Assembly (NCBI GenBank): GCA_964591445.1
Contig: CAZQAW010000002.1
Coordinates: 67,394 to 131,393, forward strand
Length of the DNA: 64,000 nucleotides
Direction of reading: 5' to 3'
Origin: an uncultured Candidatus Saccharibacteria bacterium
Lineage (GTDB): Bacteria; Patescibacteriota; Minisyncoccia; Phycocordibacterales; UBA9973
Shown here: positions 9,278 to 17,844 of the stretch, in pieces
Position numbering within the stretch: position 1 is the first letter of the stretch
How the letters are laid out: each line of letters begins with the position of its first letter
Made by a program: the position numbers and the translations under genes
Notes under the pieces: generated by a model
What the model was told of the DNA's origin: nothing
Database searches by the model: none
The model's input: only the letters and a program-made list of their open reading frames with translations

Positions 9278-10213
9278 TTAAAGGTGCATAAACAAATACA
9301 AGTTGATCGTATTTATTTTCTCCTCCATTACTACTTCGTTCTGCCAACCGATAGCTACAAGGCCGGAAAAGGCAAACGGTGTCTTTCCAAAATCTTTCGA
9401 TTTGAAATTTTTGATAATCCCCCACTCTCCGCGCGGCCTGTCTCCGCTATTTAAGTTGAAGCCCATATCAGAATAAATATCAAAGCGATTTGTTTTAATC
9501 ACAAAGAAATTTGAAAAGATATAGTCTTTCGGAAGAGCCTCGCCTGCTTTCGGAACTTTTGTGCCGACCGCAATTGTTGTGAAATGCTTGGTGTCGAATT
9601 TCGCAGTAGCGCTCCAGTTATTTTCTTCAACCGAACCGCCCACACTTACGTCTCCAAATTTTATTTTTCCGGCAAGCATCGGATTGTTATTATTCGCGCT
9701 GTTTACTGTTCCGGAAACCGATATTTCAGTAAGGCCTGACACGTAGTTGATCTTCCCACCTGTACGAACTCCGGGAAGAAGTGCTTCGGTAAAAGTTTCG
9801 AACTGCCCGTCTCCGGTTGCCGGATTGGGACGAAATTCTGCAGTAGCGCTTGGCAGATGTCCACCAGAAAGTTTCCATTTTTTGGAAATATTCCACGTAA
9901 GGTACGTTGCAGAAAGCGTGTAAGGATTTCCCACGTTTTCATTGTGGAAAATTCCCCACGCATTAATCGCAAGCGTACGTTTTTTGTTGGTGATTTTCAA
10001 AATTCCACCTGCGCGCACACTTGCCCATTTGTAGAGCGAGCCAGAATCTGCGTTGAATTTTGCGGCAGTAAGCACTCCTGCGTATGGAGTGATTTCCATT
10101 AAAGCTGAAGTATCTTTCAACCCGTCAAATTTTGATGTCGTATCTTGTTCCTGAGCGTTTACATGGATTGCAAGAGTAAGGCAGAGTGCTGCCAAAGCAG
10201 TAAGTTCTTTCAT
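9278..10213 (-). CDS. secreted beta-strand-rich protein (possible porin-like beta-barrel; function unknown)
   Basis: Signal peptide MKELTALAALCLTLAIHVNA; alternating hydrophobic beta-strand pattern throughout; no enzymatic motif. Confidence 0.5.
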   Translation of the reverse strand: MKELTALAALCLTLAIHVNAQEQDTTSKFDGLKDTSALMEITPYAGVLTAAKFNADSGSLYKWASVRAGGILKITNKKRTLAINAWGIFHNENVGNPYTLSATYLTWNISKKWKLSGGHLPSATAEFRPNPATGDGQFETFTEALLPGVRTGGKINYVSGLTEISVSGTVNSANNNNPMLAGKIKFGDVSVGGSVEENNWSATAKFDTKHFTTIAVGTKVPKAGEALPKDYIFSNFFVIKTNRFDIYSDMGFNLNSGDRPRGEWGIIKNFKSKDFGKTPFAFSGLVAIGWQNEVVMEEKINTINLYLFMHL

Positions 10214-10270
10214 TTTCTTAAGTTTGAATGTTTAATTATATGATAGCATATTTATGTATACTTGTCAAAC

Positions 10271-10299
10271 AAAAAACACCCCACAAGGAGGTGTTTTTT
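10271..10299. terminator. stem-loop terminator
   Basis: AAAAACACCCCACAAGGAGGTGTTTTTT between the 10310..10822 gene and 9278..10213. Confidence 0.5.
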
Positions 10300-10309
10300 A
10301 GTTAAGAAT

Positions 10310-10822
10310 TTATCTCATCCCGATCAAATATTTTCGGGCGTTTTCTGAGAGGTCCATGAAGTCGTCTGCGGCTTCTTTCAATTTCATTGAAGAAGATTTG
10401 CCGAATGACGCAACTTCGACTTGGATGCCGGCGTTGATCTGCAAATATTCGACAAGCGGAATGAAGTCTCCGTCGCCTGTTACCAAGACGACAGCGTCAA
10501 GCTTGGGTGCCATGGTAATGGCGTCGACTGCAAGACCTACGTCCCAGTCGGCTTTCTTTGCGCCGCCGGAAAAGACTTGCAAATCTTTGGTGCGAGTTTC
10601 GATGCCTATTTTTGTAAGTGCTTCGAAAAAGCTTTTCTCGTCCCCCGCTTCGCTGGTTATCACGTACGCTATCGCGCGCACGAGCTTGCGTCCGGCAAGT
10701 GCGTCTTTGACGATCTGGCCGAAATTTACTTTTCTCTTGTACAAATTCTTTGCACTGTGATAGAGATTTTGCGCGTCGATGAAAATAGCGACACGCTGCT
10801 CTTTATGTTTAATGATACTCAT
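10310..10822 (-). CDS. NYN/LabA-like domain protein (predicted RNA-binding nuclease fold)
   Basis: VAIFIDAQNLY ... WDVGLAVDAI ... DAVVLVTGDGDFIPL are the conserved NYN/LabA Asp-rich motifs. Confidence 0.75.
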   Translation of the reverse strand: MSIIKHKEQRVAIFIDAQNLYHSAKNLYKRKVNFGQIVKDALAGRKLVRAIAYVITSEAGDEKSFFEALTKIGIETRTKDLQVFSGGAKKADWDVGLAVDAITMAPKLDAVVLVTGDGDFIPLVEYLQINAGIQVEVASFGKSSSMKLKEAADDFMDLSENARKYLIGMR

Positions 10823-10875
10823 ATAAAAAATGACTAACTATTTATTAAAAAATACTTAACAGACTAAGTCTAACA

Positions 10876-10901
10876 CAAAATCCGCCGAGCGGCGGATTTT
10901 G
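10876..10901 (-). terminator. rho-independent terminator of rpsO
   Basis: AAAATCCGCCGAGCGGCGGATTTT directly 3' of the rpsO stop. Confidence 0.6.
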
Positions 10902-10909
10902 AAAATACT

Positions 10910-11176
10910 TTAAGCTTTTATCTTCTTTACGATCTCGGCATGAGCTTCCTTGTTCTTTCGTTCAAGATATTTCAAATGCTTTCGTCGGTCTGCCACCATC
11001 TTGATGAGTCCGCGGCGAGAGTGGTTGTCCTTCTTGTGCGTCTTCAAATGGCTTGCAAGTTCGTCGATCCGAGCGCTTAGGATACCGATCTGCGCTTGAG
11101 AAGAGCCGGTGTCTTTGTCGTGAATCTGAGACTTTTTGATAACTGCTTGTTTTTTCTTTGTCGTAAGCATGGGCAT
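10910..11176 (-). CDS. rpsO: 30S ribosomal protein S15
   Basis: 88 aa, MPMLTTKKKQAVIKK...GILSARIDELASHLKTHKKDNHSRRGLIKMVADRRKHLKYL. Confidence 0.9.
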   Translation of the reverse strand: MPMLTTKKKQAVIKKSQIHDKDTGSSQAQIGILSARIDELASHLKTHKKDNHSRRGLIKMVADRRKHLKYLERKNKEAHAEIVKKIKA

Positions 11177-11206
11177 ATAATAGCATACTTATTTGTACAT
11201 TGCAAG

Positions 11207-11318
11207 CCCCTTCTCCTGAGGTAGGAGAAGGTGGCCTTTAGGCCGGATGAGGTATGTGTATAATCCAATACCTCACCCCGAACCTTCGGTCGACCCTCTC
11301 CTACTTTAGGAGAGGGAG
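11207..11318. repeat. family-A palindromic interspersed element, full copy (copy 1)
   Basis: 112 bp with hairpin-forming ends (CTTCTCCTGAGGTAGGAGAAG ... CCCTCTCCTACTTTAGGAGAGGG) and internal GAGGTAT..ATACCTC inverted segment; its exact reverse complement occurs at 26008..26119. Confidence 0.85.
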
Positions 11319-11344
11319 GAATTCAAAAATGCTATACTCTCTAC

Positions 11345-12370
11345 ATGTCACAAATCGACACGCTCAAGCGCCAATTTCTCGAATATTTGGAAATCGAAAA
11401 AGGTTCAAGCATCCGCACGGTAGAAAATTACCAGCGCTATCTCGAGCGTTTTTTTGAACAAGCGAAAATCGCGAATGCTTCTGACATTACCGACGACGCG
11501 GTGCGAGATTTTCGTTTGTGGCTCAACCGCCAATACGCAAAACATCAGAAAAGCAATCGCTTGCCGGGGAACACTATTTCCAAGCGCACGCAAAACTACT
11601 ATATGATCGCGCTCCGCATGTTCCTCAAATTTTTGATGAAACGCGAAATCAAATCTTTGCCAGCAGACCGCATCGAACTTGCAAAAACGACCGAGCGGCA
11701 CCTTGATCTCATTTCCAAAGACGAGCTCAACCGTTTGCTTGCAGCGCCCAAAGGCACCGACTTGAAATCGCTACGCGACAAAGCGATTTTGGAATTACTT
11801 TTTTCTACCGGGCTTCGCGTGTCGGAACTTTGTTCGCTCGGAAGTGATTTGGATGTGAACCGCGACGAATTCTCTATCCGCGGAAAAGGTGGCAAAGTGC
11901 GCGTAGTGTTTCTTTCCGACGATGCAAAAAATGCGGTGCGTGCGTATATGAAAGCCCGCAAAGATATGTCTGAAGCGTTGTTCGTGCAAGTTTCTGATAT
12001 GGAAGGCGGAAAAAAGAAAAAAGAAAAAGAGACACACCTCTCCGTCAGCAAAGCCGACACCTCTCCTTCAAAAGGGGAGGAAAACTTAAAGAAGAAAAAA
12101 AATAAAACTACTCTTGAGGCCGTTGCTCTCACTCGCCGTTCGGTCGAACGTATTGTGAAGCATTATGCAGTCGTTGCAGGCATTTCCAAAAAAGTAACTC
12201 CGCACGTCATCCGTCACAGCTTCGCGACAGATTTGCTGGGCAACGGCGCAGATATCCGCAGTGTGCAAGTCATGCTCGGCCACGCGAACATTGCAACCAC
12301 ACAAATATATACGCATGTCACAGACAGCCAGCTCCGAGAGATCCACAAAAAGTTTCATGGGAAAAAATAA
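11345..12370 (+). CDS. tyrosine site-specific recombinase, XerC/XerD-like
   Basis: N-terminal core-binding domain; C-terminal VTPHVIRHSFATDLLGNGADIRSVQVMLGHANIATTQIYTHV (R..H..R..Y catalytic set). Contains a Lys/Glu-rich insertion of about 45 aa at 11985..12125. Confidence 0.8.
   Translation: MSQIDTLKRQFLEYLEIEKGSSIRTVENYQRYLERFFEQAKIANASDITDDAVRDFRLWLNRQYAKHQKSNRLPGNTISKRTQNYYMIALRMFLKFLMKREIKSLPADRIELAKTTERHLDLISKDELNRLLAAPKGTDLKSLRDKAILELLFSTGLRVSELCSLGSDLDVNRDEFSIRGKGGKVRVVFLSDDAKNAVRAYMKARKDMSEALFVQVSDMEGGKKKKEKETHLSVSKADTSPSKGEENLKKKKNKTTLEAVALTRRSVERIVKHYAVVAGISKKVTPHVIRHSFATDLLGNGADIRSVQVMLGHANIATTQIYTHVTDSQLREIHKKFHGKK
12037..12110. repeat. family-B palindromic element copy embedded in frame in the recombinase gene
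   Basis: CACCTCTCCGTCAGCAAAGCCGACACCTCTCCTTCAAAAGGGGAGGAAAAC is about 80% identical to 37143..37200; it encodes the extra loop SVSKADTSPSKGEEN... absent from canonical XerC/D. Confidence 0.5.
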
Positions 12371-12418
12371 AAAGCAGAACTATACGTTCTGCTTTTTATG
12401 CAGTTATGAAATTTTGGA

Positions 12419-13198
12419 TTAAGCACCTGCTCCTTGCAAATCATCCGCAGGTTTCTCTTCGGTTTTGAAGTAAGGAAGTCCTTCAAAAAAATTGAGAATT
12501 AGAATCCCAGTAATAAATACAAAAGTCATTATTTGTATGGTAAACGGGAATTCTTTAACATAAAACCACCCACCGCCAATCAATAAGAAGTATGCTGTCA
12601 CAACTACACCCAGTCCTTTGTAAACACTACTTCTTAATTCAGTTTCTTGTGCAACAGCCAGAGCTTTTTCTTCTTCGTCTGTGGTTGTGCTAGCTTTTTC
12701 AAGAAATGCGTTACATTTTTTTATGGACCCTTGCAGTTGTATGCCAAACAGAAGCGCTATTATACAATTAAGCGCAAAAAACACTATTGTAGCAGTCAAA
12801 TGTTCGTGTACATCTATAATTGAATGTGAAAAGCATATGCAGACCAACCATAGACTAAGAACAATGATAAGAAGGGGTCGCATTTGTTTTTCAAAAAGAT
12901 AAGGTTGTTTACTCTTACCTGTTCTCTCACCTGCTACCCACAGAGCTAGTCCTAATAGTAGTTTAACGCCTACTCCCAGAATAAAAACAGGATGTGGTTT
13001 AAGCGATCTAAACGGTACCCATTCCGGGTAAAGTACTGCAAAAGGAACAACAATCGCTCCAATGATAATAGAGATAAGGTACAAGAAAATTCTTTTTGTG
13101 TTGTACTCACTGTGCGTAAAGTACAGGTAAACAGTGATTCCGAGGGCTACGAGCGAAATAGTTTCCGCTAGTATGTAAGTGCTTGTGATTTTTTCCAT
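12419..13198 (-). CDS. hypothetical polytopic membrane protein
   Basis: 259 aa with about 7 hydrophobic helices. Confidence 0.5.
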   Translation of the reverse strand: MEKITSTYILAETISLVALGITVYLYFTHSEYNTKRIFLYLISIIIGAIVVPFAVLYPEWVPFRSLKPHPVFILGVGVKLLLGLALWVAGERTGKSKQPYLFEKQMRPLLIIVLSLWLVCICFSHSIIDVHEHLTATIVFFALNCIIALLFGIQLQGSIKKCNAFLEKASTTTDEEEKALAVAQETELRSSVYKGLGVVVTAYFLLIGGGWFYVKEFPFTIQIMTFVFITGILILNFFEGLPYFKTEEKPADDLQGAGA

Positions 13199-13653
13199 AA
13201 TTAACTTCGTTTTGTTTTGTGTGTGATTTTGTTTTGTTGTTTGAATTATTTTGTTTTAAAATGTGCGAAATTCCATTGTACCCAAAACAATAGTTTTGTC
13301 AATTTTGTTTTTGGGTAAAAATAAAAAGCAAACCTACAGAGTTTGCTTTTTAATCATTAAGCAGCTTCAATTTATTCGAGGTATGGCACCTCCCGGGCAC
13401 AAAATTCTTCAGTCTGTTTTCCTTTAGGAGCATCTTCGCTTTTTACAAATGAACCATTCAATGATTCGGCATTCACACCTGTGGTGTGCGGAGAAATAAA
13501 CTTTTTCATCGTATTTTGGTATTTGTTTTCGACTACAGAGTCCCCTGCTGTCGATTCCGGGTAATGTACTTTGTTTGATTACAACTATACTCCTATCGAT
13601 TTTTCGTGTCAAACAAAAAAGTGCATAACTTTGGGGTATGTTATTATGGAAAT

Positions 13654-14427
13654 ATGCGAATCATTTCATGGAACACCAACGGCTTGCGGGCAACCATCAA
13701 GCAAGGACATTTTGAACCAATTTTCGACAAATACGATCCTGACATTTTGTGTTTGCAAGAAACAAAAGCCGAGAAAGATCAGATCGCGGTAGAAATCCAA
13801 AACCATAAAAAATATTTTTCGTTCTTCTCTTCATCAAAAGTAAAAAAGGGTTACAGCGGCGTTGCGATTTTTTCTCGCACGATGCCAGAGAAAGTTGAAT
13901 TCGGTATCGGCATTTCAGAATTCGACGACGAAGGCCGCACGATCATCGGCTACTACAAAGACTTCGTGCTCATCAACTGTTACTTCCCCAACGGTGGCGG
14001 AGGTCCGCACCGGCTTGACTACAAACTGCGATTTTACGATGCGTTTCTTTTGTTTGTCGATAAATTAAAAAAAGAAGGGAAAAATATTATTTTCTGCGGA
14101 GACGTGAATACTGCTCACACACCCATAGATTTGGCTCGTCCAAAAGAAAATGAAGAGAACACCGGTTTCTTGCCGGAAGAGCGCGCGTGGGTGGACGAAG
14201 TTGTTGCGCATGGCTACATCGATATTTTCCGCATGTTCTACCCTTCCAAAAAAGACGTCTACACATATTGGGATCAAAAAACTCGCGCGCGAGAACGCAA
14301 TGTCGGATGGCGCATCGACTATTTCTTCATGAACACAGCCTTTGCAAAAAAAGCTGCAAAGCTTCAAACTTTGGCGGACTATTATGGGTCAGACCATTGC
14401 CCTGTTTTGCTCGATATAAAGCTCTAA
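13654..14427 (+). CDS. xth: exodeoxyribonuclease III (Xth/APE1 family)
   Basis: MRIISWNTNGLRA...ILCLQETK...WDQKTRARERNVGWRIDYFF...YGSDHCPV are the EEP-fold catalytic motifs. Start at ATG 13654 rather than the ORF-track 13606. Confidence 0.85.
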   Translation: MRIISWNTNGLRATIKQGHFEPIFDKYDPDILCLQETKAEKDQIAVEIQNHKKYFSFFSSSKVKKGYSGVAIFSRTMPEKVEFGIGISEFDDEGRTIIGYYKDFVLINCYFPNGGGGPHRLDYKLRFYDAFLLFVDKLKKEGKNIIFCGDVNTAHTPIDLARPKENEENTGFLPEERAWVDEVVAHGYIDIFRMFYPSKKDVYTYWDQKTRARERNVGWRIDYFFMNTAFAKKAAKLQTLADYYGSDHCPVLLDIKL

Positions 14428-14525
14428 AATGACCCCAAAGTTATCCCCAGAAAGCTTGACTTTTGTATTTTTTCTGATATAATGCATTTAAATAACGTTT
14501 CGTCTCACCTTTAAAAATAAATACT

Positions 14526-15788
14526 ATGAAAAATTTCTTCAAATTGGTAATCACCGCGCTTGTTGCGATCTACCTACTACTTTCTCCTGCCTATAGCCAG
14601 ACTATCGACTCGCTCATTACCGGCTCAAAGCCGGAAAGTGTAAAGTTTGCTGACATAAACAAAGACGGCAAATCAGACATAATCGTCAATGTTGGCATCT
14701 TTATGGATTCATTAAATGACGCCACTGTACAACTTTTTACAAACACAGGAAACAGTTTTCAAAAAACCGTCCTGTCGTATAAAAGACATGCATTAGCAAA
14801 TAGCATGAAGCATTATATTGAAGTGTATGATGTCGACCAGAATACCTGGCCCGATATCGTAGTAAATTGTTATGATTCCCTCGGCATCTTTTTTCAAGAT
14901 TCACTGGGCGGGTTCACCCTTACAACTACTTATGTTGGGGAAGTGGTGGAAAAATTTTCCATTAGTTCGACAGGTCTCATAGTAATGAGCACTCTTAACC
15001 CAAACGTTATTGGCTTACTTGAAGACGGTCTGCCCGTTACATTTATCCCCGTGAGCTTTTCTGCTTACGAGAATGCAACATTCATATCAGACGATGTGTT
15101 TGTGGCAACAGGAGTAAGTGGGGCTGCGAAATATTTCATAAATACTTCGCAGAAAACTATTGATAGCGTTCAGTTGTTTTCCGGTGTAAAAAACTTTTGT
15201 TTCAACACCCAAGGAGACATGATCACCTCTACAAACACTAACGGTGGGGTTGTATATCTCAATGATGGAGATGCTGTGCCTGACTCACTCTTCTCTTTTC
15301 CGTTTGGTTTTGTTCCGGAAGCGATTGAAGTGAAAGGTACAGATATTCTTGCGCTCAAGCAAAATATGCTTTCGGTAAATGGCGTTGTTGATACGTTCGG
15401 CATGTATGGCTTTAGCCAACACATGCAAGCAATTGCAGTCGGTGATGTTACAGGCGATGGTGATCTTGATTACGGCTTCACTTTATGTGACCCCATGTCT
15501 GGTATTAAGGGAATAATCTTTATGAATTCTGGCTGGGGAAATTTTACTTCAGCGGAAAATCAGGAAGTTCAAGCAACTTCCGAAATCAAGATTTATCCTA
15601 ATCCAGCTACGGATTTTGTGAACATAGGCAATATGCCCGCATCTGTGAAAGAAGTTATTCTCTATGATCTGTTGGGCAAAGTTGTACTTTCTAGTACAAG
15701 TGCTACACTGGATGTAAGAGCTTTGCCTGTAGGAAAGTATATAATCCGAATAGGTGAAGTGAGAAAAAAGTTCATAAAAATAAGATAA
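14526..15788 (+). CDS. secreted FG-GAP/beta-propeller repeat protein with T9SS-type C-terminal sorting-like domain
   Basis: Signal peptide; repeated ADINKDGKSDIIVN / DVDQNTWPDIVVN / GDVTGDGDLDYG calcium-binding-like FG-GAP motifs; C-terminus KIYPNPATDFVNIGNMPASVKEVILYDLLGKVVLS...LPVGKYIIRI matches Por-secretion C-terminal-domain consensus. Confidence 0.6.
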   Translation: MKNFFKLVITALVAIYLLLSPAYSQTIDSLITGSKPESVKFADINKDGKSDIIVNVGIFMDSLNDATVQLFTNTGNSFQKTVLSYKRHALANSMKHYIEVYDVDQNTWPDIVVNCYDSLGIFFQDSLGGFTLTTTYVGEVVEKFSISSTGLIVMSTLNPNVIGLLEDGLPVTFIPVSFSAYENATFISDDVFVATGVSGAAKYFINTSQKTIDSVQLFSGVKNFCFNTQGDMITSTNTNGGVVYLNDGDAVPDSLFSFPFGFVPEAIEVKGTDILALKQNMLSVNGVVDTFGMYGFSQHMQAIAVGDVTGDGDLDYGFTLCDPMSGIKGIIFMNSGWGNFTSAENQEVQATSEIKIYPNPATDFVNIGNMPASVKEVILYDLLGKVVLSSTSATLDVRALPVGKYIIRIGEVRKKFIKIR

Positions 15789-15814
15789 GTTTTCATAGGT
15801 TAGTTTAGGTTAGT

Positions 15815-15848
15815 TACCCCGGCAACTGCGAAGTTCCCGGGGTTTTTT
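15815..15848. terminator. bidirectional terminator between the 14526..15788 gene and cca
   Basis: CCCCGGCAACTGCGAAGTTCCCGGGG stem then TTTTTT. Confidence 0.5.
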
Positions 15849-15854
15849 ATTTGA

Positions 15855-17405
15855 CTACTTCACCCCGTGCTTCCCGCGGAGTTTTTTTATTTCTTCTTCT
15901 TCTGTCTCTTCTTTCTTTTCTTTTCCTTTTTCTCCCAGCTCTCGCAACTTTTTGTCTTCAAGTTTGTCGAGTTCTAGTGCTCGAGATTTCAAATAGTCAA
16001 TGTTGTTTATCCCCACGTCGCCAAGGCTTTGCGGGGCTGGCGCTTCCAAACATTCTTCAAGCAGTGCGTGAAGAATCCAACCCATACGTGGGCCCGGTTT
16101 GATATTCAATTCTTTGATCAGCACTTCCCCGTTTATTTTCAGCATGCCAACAGAAGTCGGCGCGCGAAGCGCTTCTTCGATCATCGCATGATATTTTCGC
16201 AAGCGATATGGTGCTTCTTTCTTTTTCATCCCAACACGGTCGCATTCGCGGACTTGCATCAAATCCCAAATATGTTCGCGGCCGACGTTTACGATGGTGC
16301 GACGAACAGCCGAAAGCGTAATCGTTTCGGTATCAGAGAAAAACATATGGTAGCGCACGAGCTTTACCACTCTTTCACTCAAGTCTTTTGAAAAGCGAAG
16401 CCGATCCATGATCTTTGCAACCATGCGTGCGCCGACAACTTCGTGCCCATAGAATGTGTACTTCCCTTTTCCGCCAGCTTTTGTGCCGTCCCAGCGGCGA
16501 GTTCGCGGTTTGCCAATATCGTGAAAGAGCGCCGCGAGCCGAATATCGAGCCCCCAGCCTTTTTCTTCTGCGTGGCCAAGCGCGTGAAGCATGTGTTCAA
16601 ACACATCGTAGATGTGCTCCCCTTTTTGGTCGCAGCCAATTCCCTCTTCGAGTTCTGGAATAAAGTGTTTGAGCAATCCAAGTTTCGCAAACATCCCTAC
16701 TCCGGCCATCGGGTTTTGTGATTCAATCGTTTTTGTAAATTCATCGCGAATGCGCTCCATCGAAATGTGTTTCAGTAAGTCTGCATTTTTTGCAATGCTC
16801 GCAATTACTTCTGTGGATAACGCAAAGCCTTGCCCGCCTTTTGGCGCGGTGAGCTGACATGAGAAACGAATGGCTCGCAGCATGCGTAATGCGTCTTCAG
16901 CGAAGCGCACGTCCCCTTCCCCCACCGTTCGCACCACTTTGTCCTTTATGTCTCTTAAACCGTCGTATAAGTCGATTAAACGTCCGTTAGATGGACTATA
17001 AGCTAGTGCGTTGATGGTAAAGTCGCGTCGCATAAGGTCGTCCTTTATATCTTTACTAAAAGTTACTTTGTCTGGATGACGAAAATCGCTATAATCCCCT
17101 TCGCTTCGGTAAGGAGTTACTTCTATGACCTTTAGTTGTGGGCTCACGTCCAATTCTTCATTTATAACAGCCACAGTACCAAAATCGTTTTCGTATACTG
17201 TCTTTGAGAAAAGCGAAATGATCTCTTCAGGGACAGCGTTGGTTGTCACATCCCAATCCTTTGGCTCTTTGCCTAAAATGAGATCGCGCACGCACCCGCC
17301 CACGAGAAAAGCCTCAAACCCAGCTTTTTCTAAAGTTTGTGTTACATGCAAAACTTCTTGCGGAATGCGTGAAGCGTCTATTGTGTTTTCTAAAATATGG
17401 CTCAT
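15855..17405 (-). CDS. cca: CCA tRNA nucleotidyltransferase with HD phosphohydrolase domain and Lys/Glu-rich C-terminal tail
   Basis: GGCVRDLILGKEPKDWDVTT polymerase-beta head motif, then an HD domain (ALFHDIGKPRT). Start set at MSHILEN (ATG 17405). Confidence 0.85.
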   Translation of the reverse strand: MSHILENTIDASRIPQEVLHVTQTLEKAGFEAFLVGGCVRDLILGKEPKDWDVTTNAVPEEIISLFSKTVYENDFGTVAVINEELDVSPQLKVIEVTPYRSEGDYSDFRHPDKVTFSKDIKDDLMRRDFTINALAYSPSNGRLIDLYDGLRDIKDKVVRTVGEGDVRFAEDALRMLRAIRFSCQLTAPKGGQGFALSTEVIASIAKNADLLKHISMERIRDEFTKTIESQNPMAGVGMFAKLGLLKHFIPELEEGIGCDQKGEHIYDVFEHMLHALGHAEEKGWGLDIRLAALFHDIGKPRTRRWDGTKAGGKGKYTFYGHEVVGARMVAKIMDRLRFSKDLSERVVKLVRYHMFFSDTETITLSAVRRTIVNVGREHIWDLMQVRECDRVGMKKKEAPYRLRKYHAMIEEALRAPTSVGMLKINGEVLIKELNIKPGPRMGWILHALLEECLEAPAPQSLGDVGINNIDYLKSRALELDKLEDKKLRELGEKGKEKKEETEEEEIKKLRGKHGVK

Positions 17406-17418
17406 GAGCCTGTTATTG

Positions 17419-17490
17419 TGCACTCGGAGGGATTCGAACCCCCAACAACGGTTCCGAAGACCGGTATGATATCCATTTCACCACGAGTGC
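17419..17490 (-). tRNA. tRNA-Arg (anticodon TCG)
   Basis: 72-nt cloverleaf by hand: acceptor GCACTCG/CGAGTGC, anticodon loop CTTCGGA, T-arm GGGGGTTCGAATCCCTC; one mismatch in the anticodon stem. Confidence 0.7.
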
Positions 17491-17600
17491 GTTTATTTTT
17501 AATGCACTTCATTATATGTTATTTATCGAAATATGTAAAATATGTGTTTATTTTATTGCACTTTTATTTCAAACATAGTACAATTCACCTACATAAATTT

Positions 17601-17671
17601 GCGGTGTTGGTTTAGTGGTAGAACACGTCCTTGCCAAGGATGAGACAGGAGTTCGATTCTCCTACGCCGCA
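17601..17671 (+). tRNA. tRNA-Gly (anticodon GCC)
   Basis: Acceptor GCGGTGT/ACGCCGC, D-arm TAGTGGTAGA, anticodon loop TTGCCAA, T-arm GGAGTTCGATTCTCC. Confidence 0.8.
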
Positions 17672-17844
17672 CATTAGTTTTACTCAATCTATATTAAAAA
17701 AGTCCTTGATGGATGTCTGACCTTTATTCCCCATTTTTACCCATATTTTTCAACAAACTGTGGATAACTATGTGTACATTGGTGATAAAAGACACATTTT
17801 TAGTCTTTTATAGTCAATAAGTCTGAAATTAAGATATATCAGTC

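Noticed and set aside
11599-12132. 177-aa minus-strand ORF inside the recombinase gene
   Set aside because: Antisense to a recombinase with clear catalytic motifs; low-complexity Phe/Ser-rich product.
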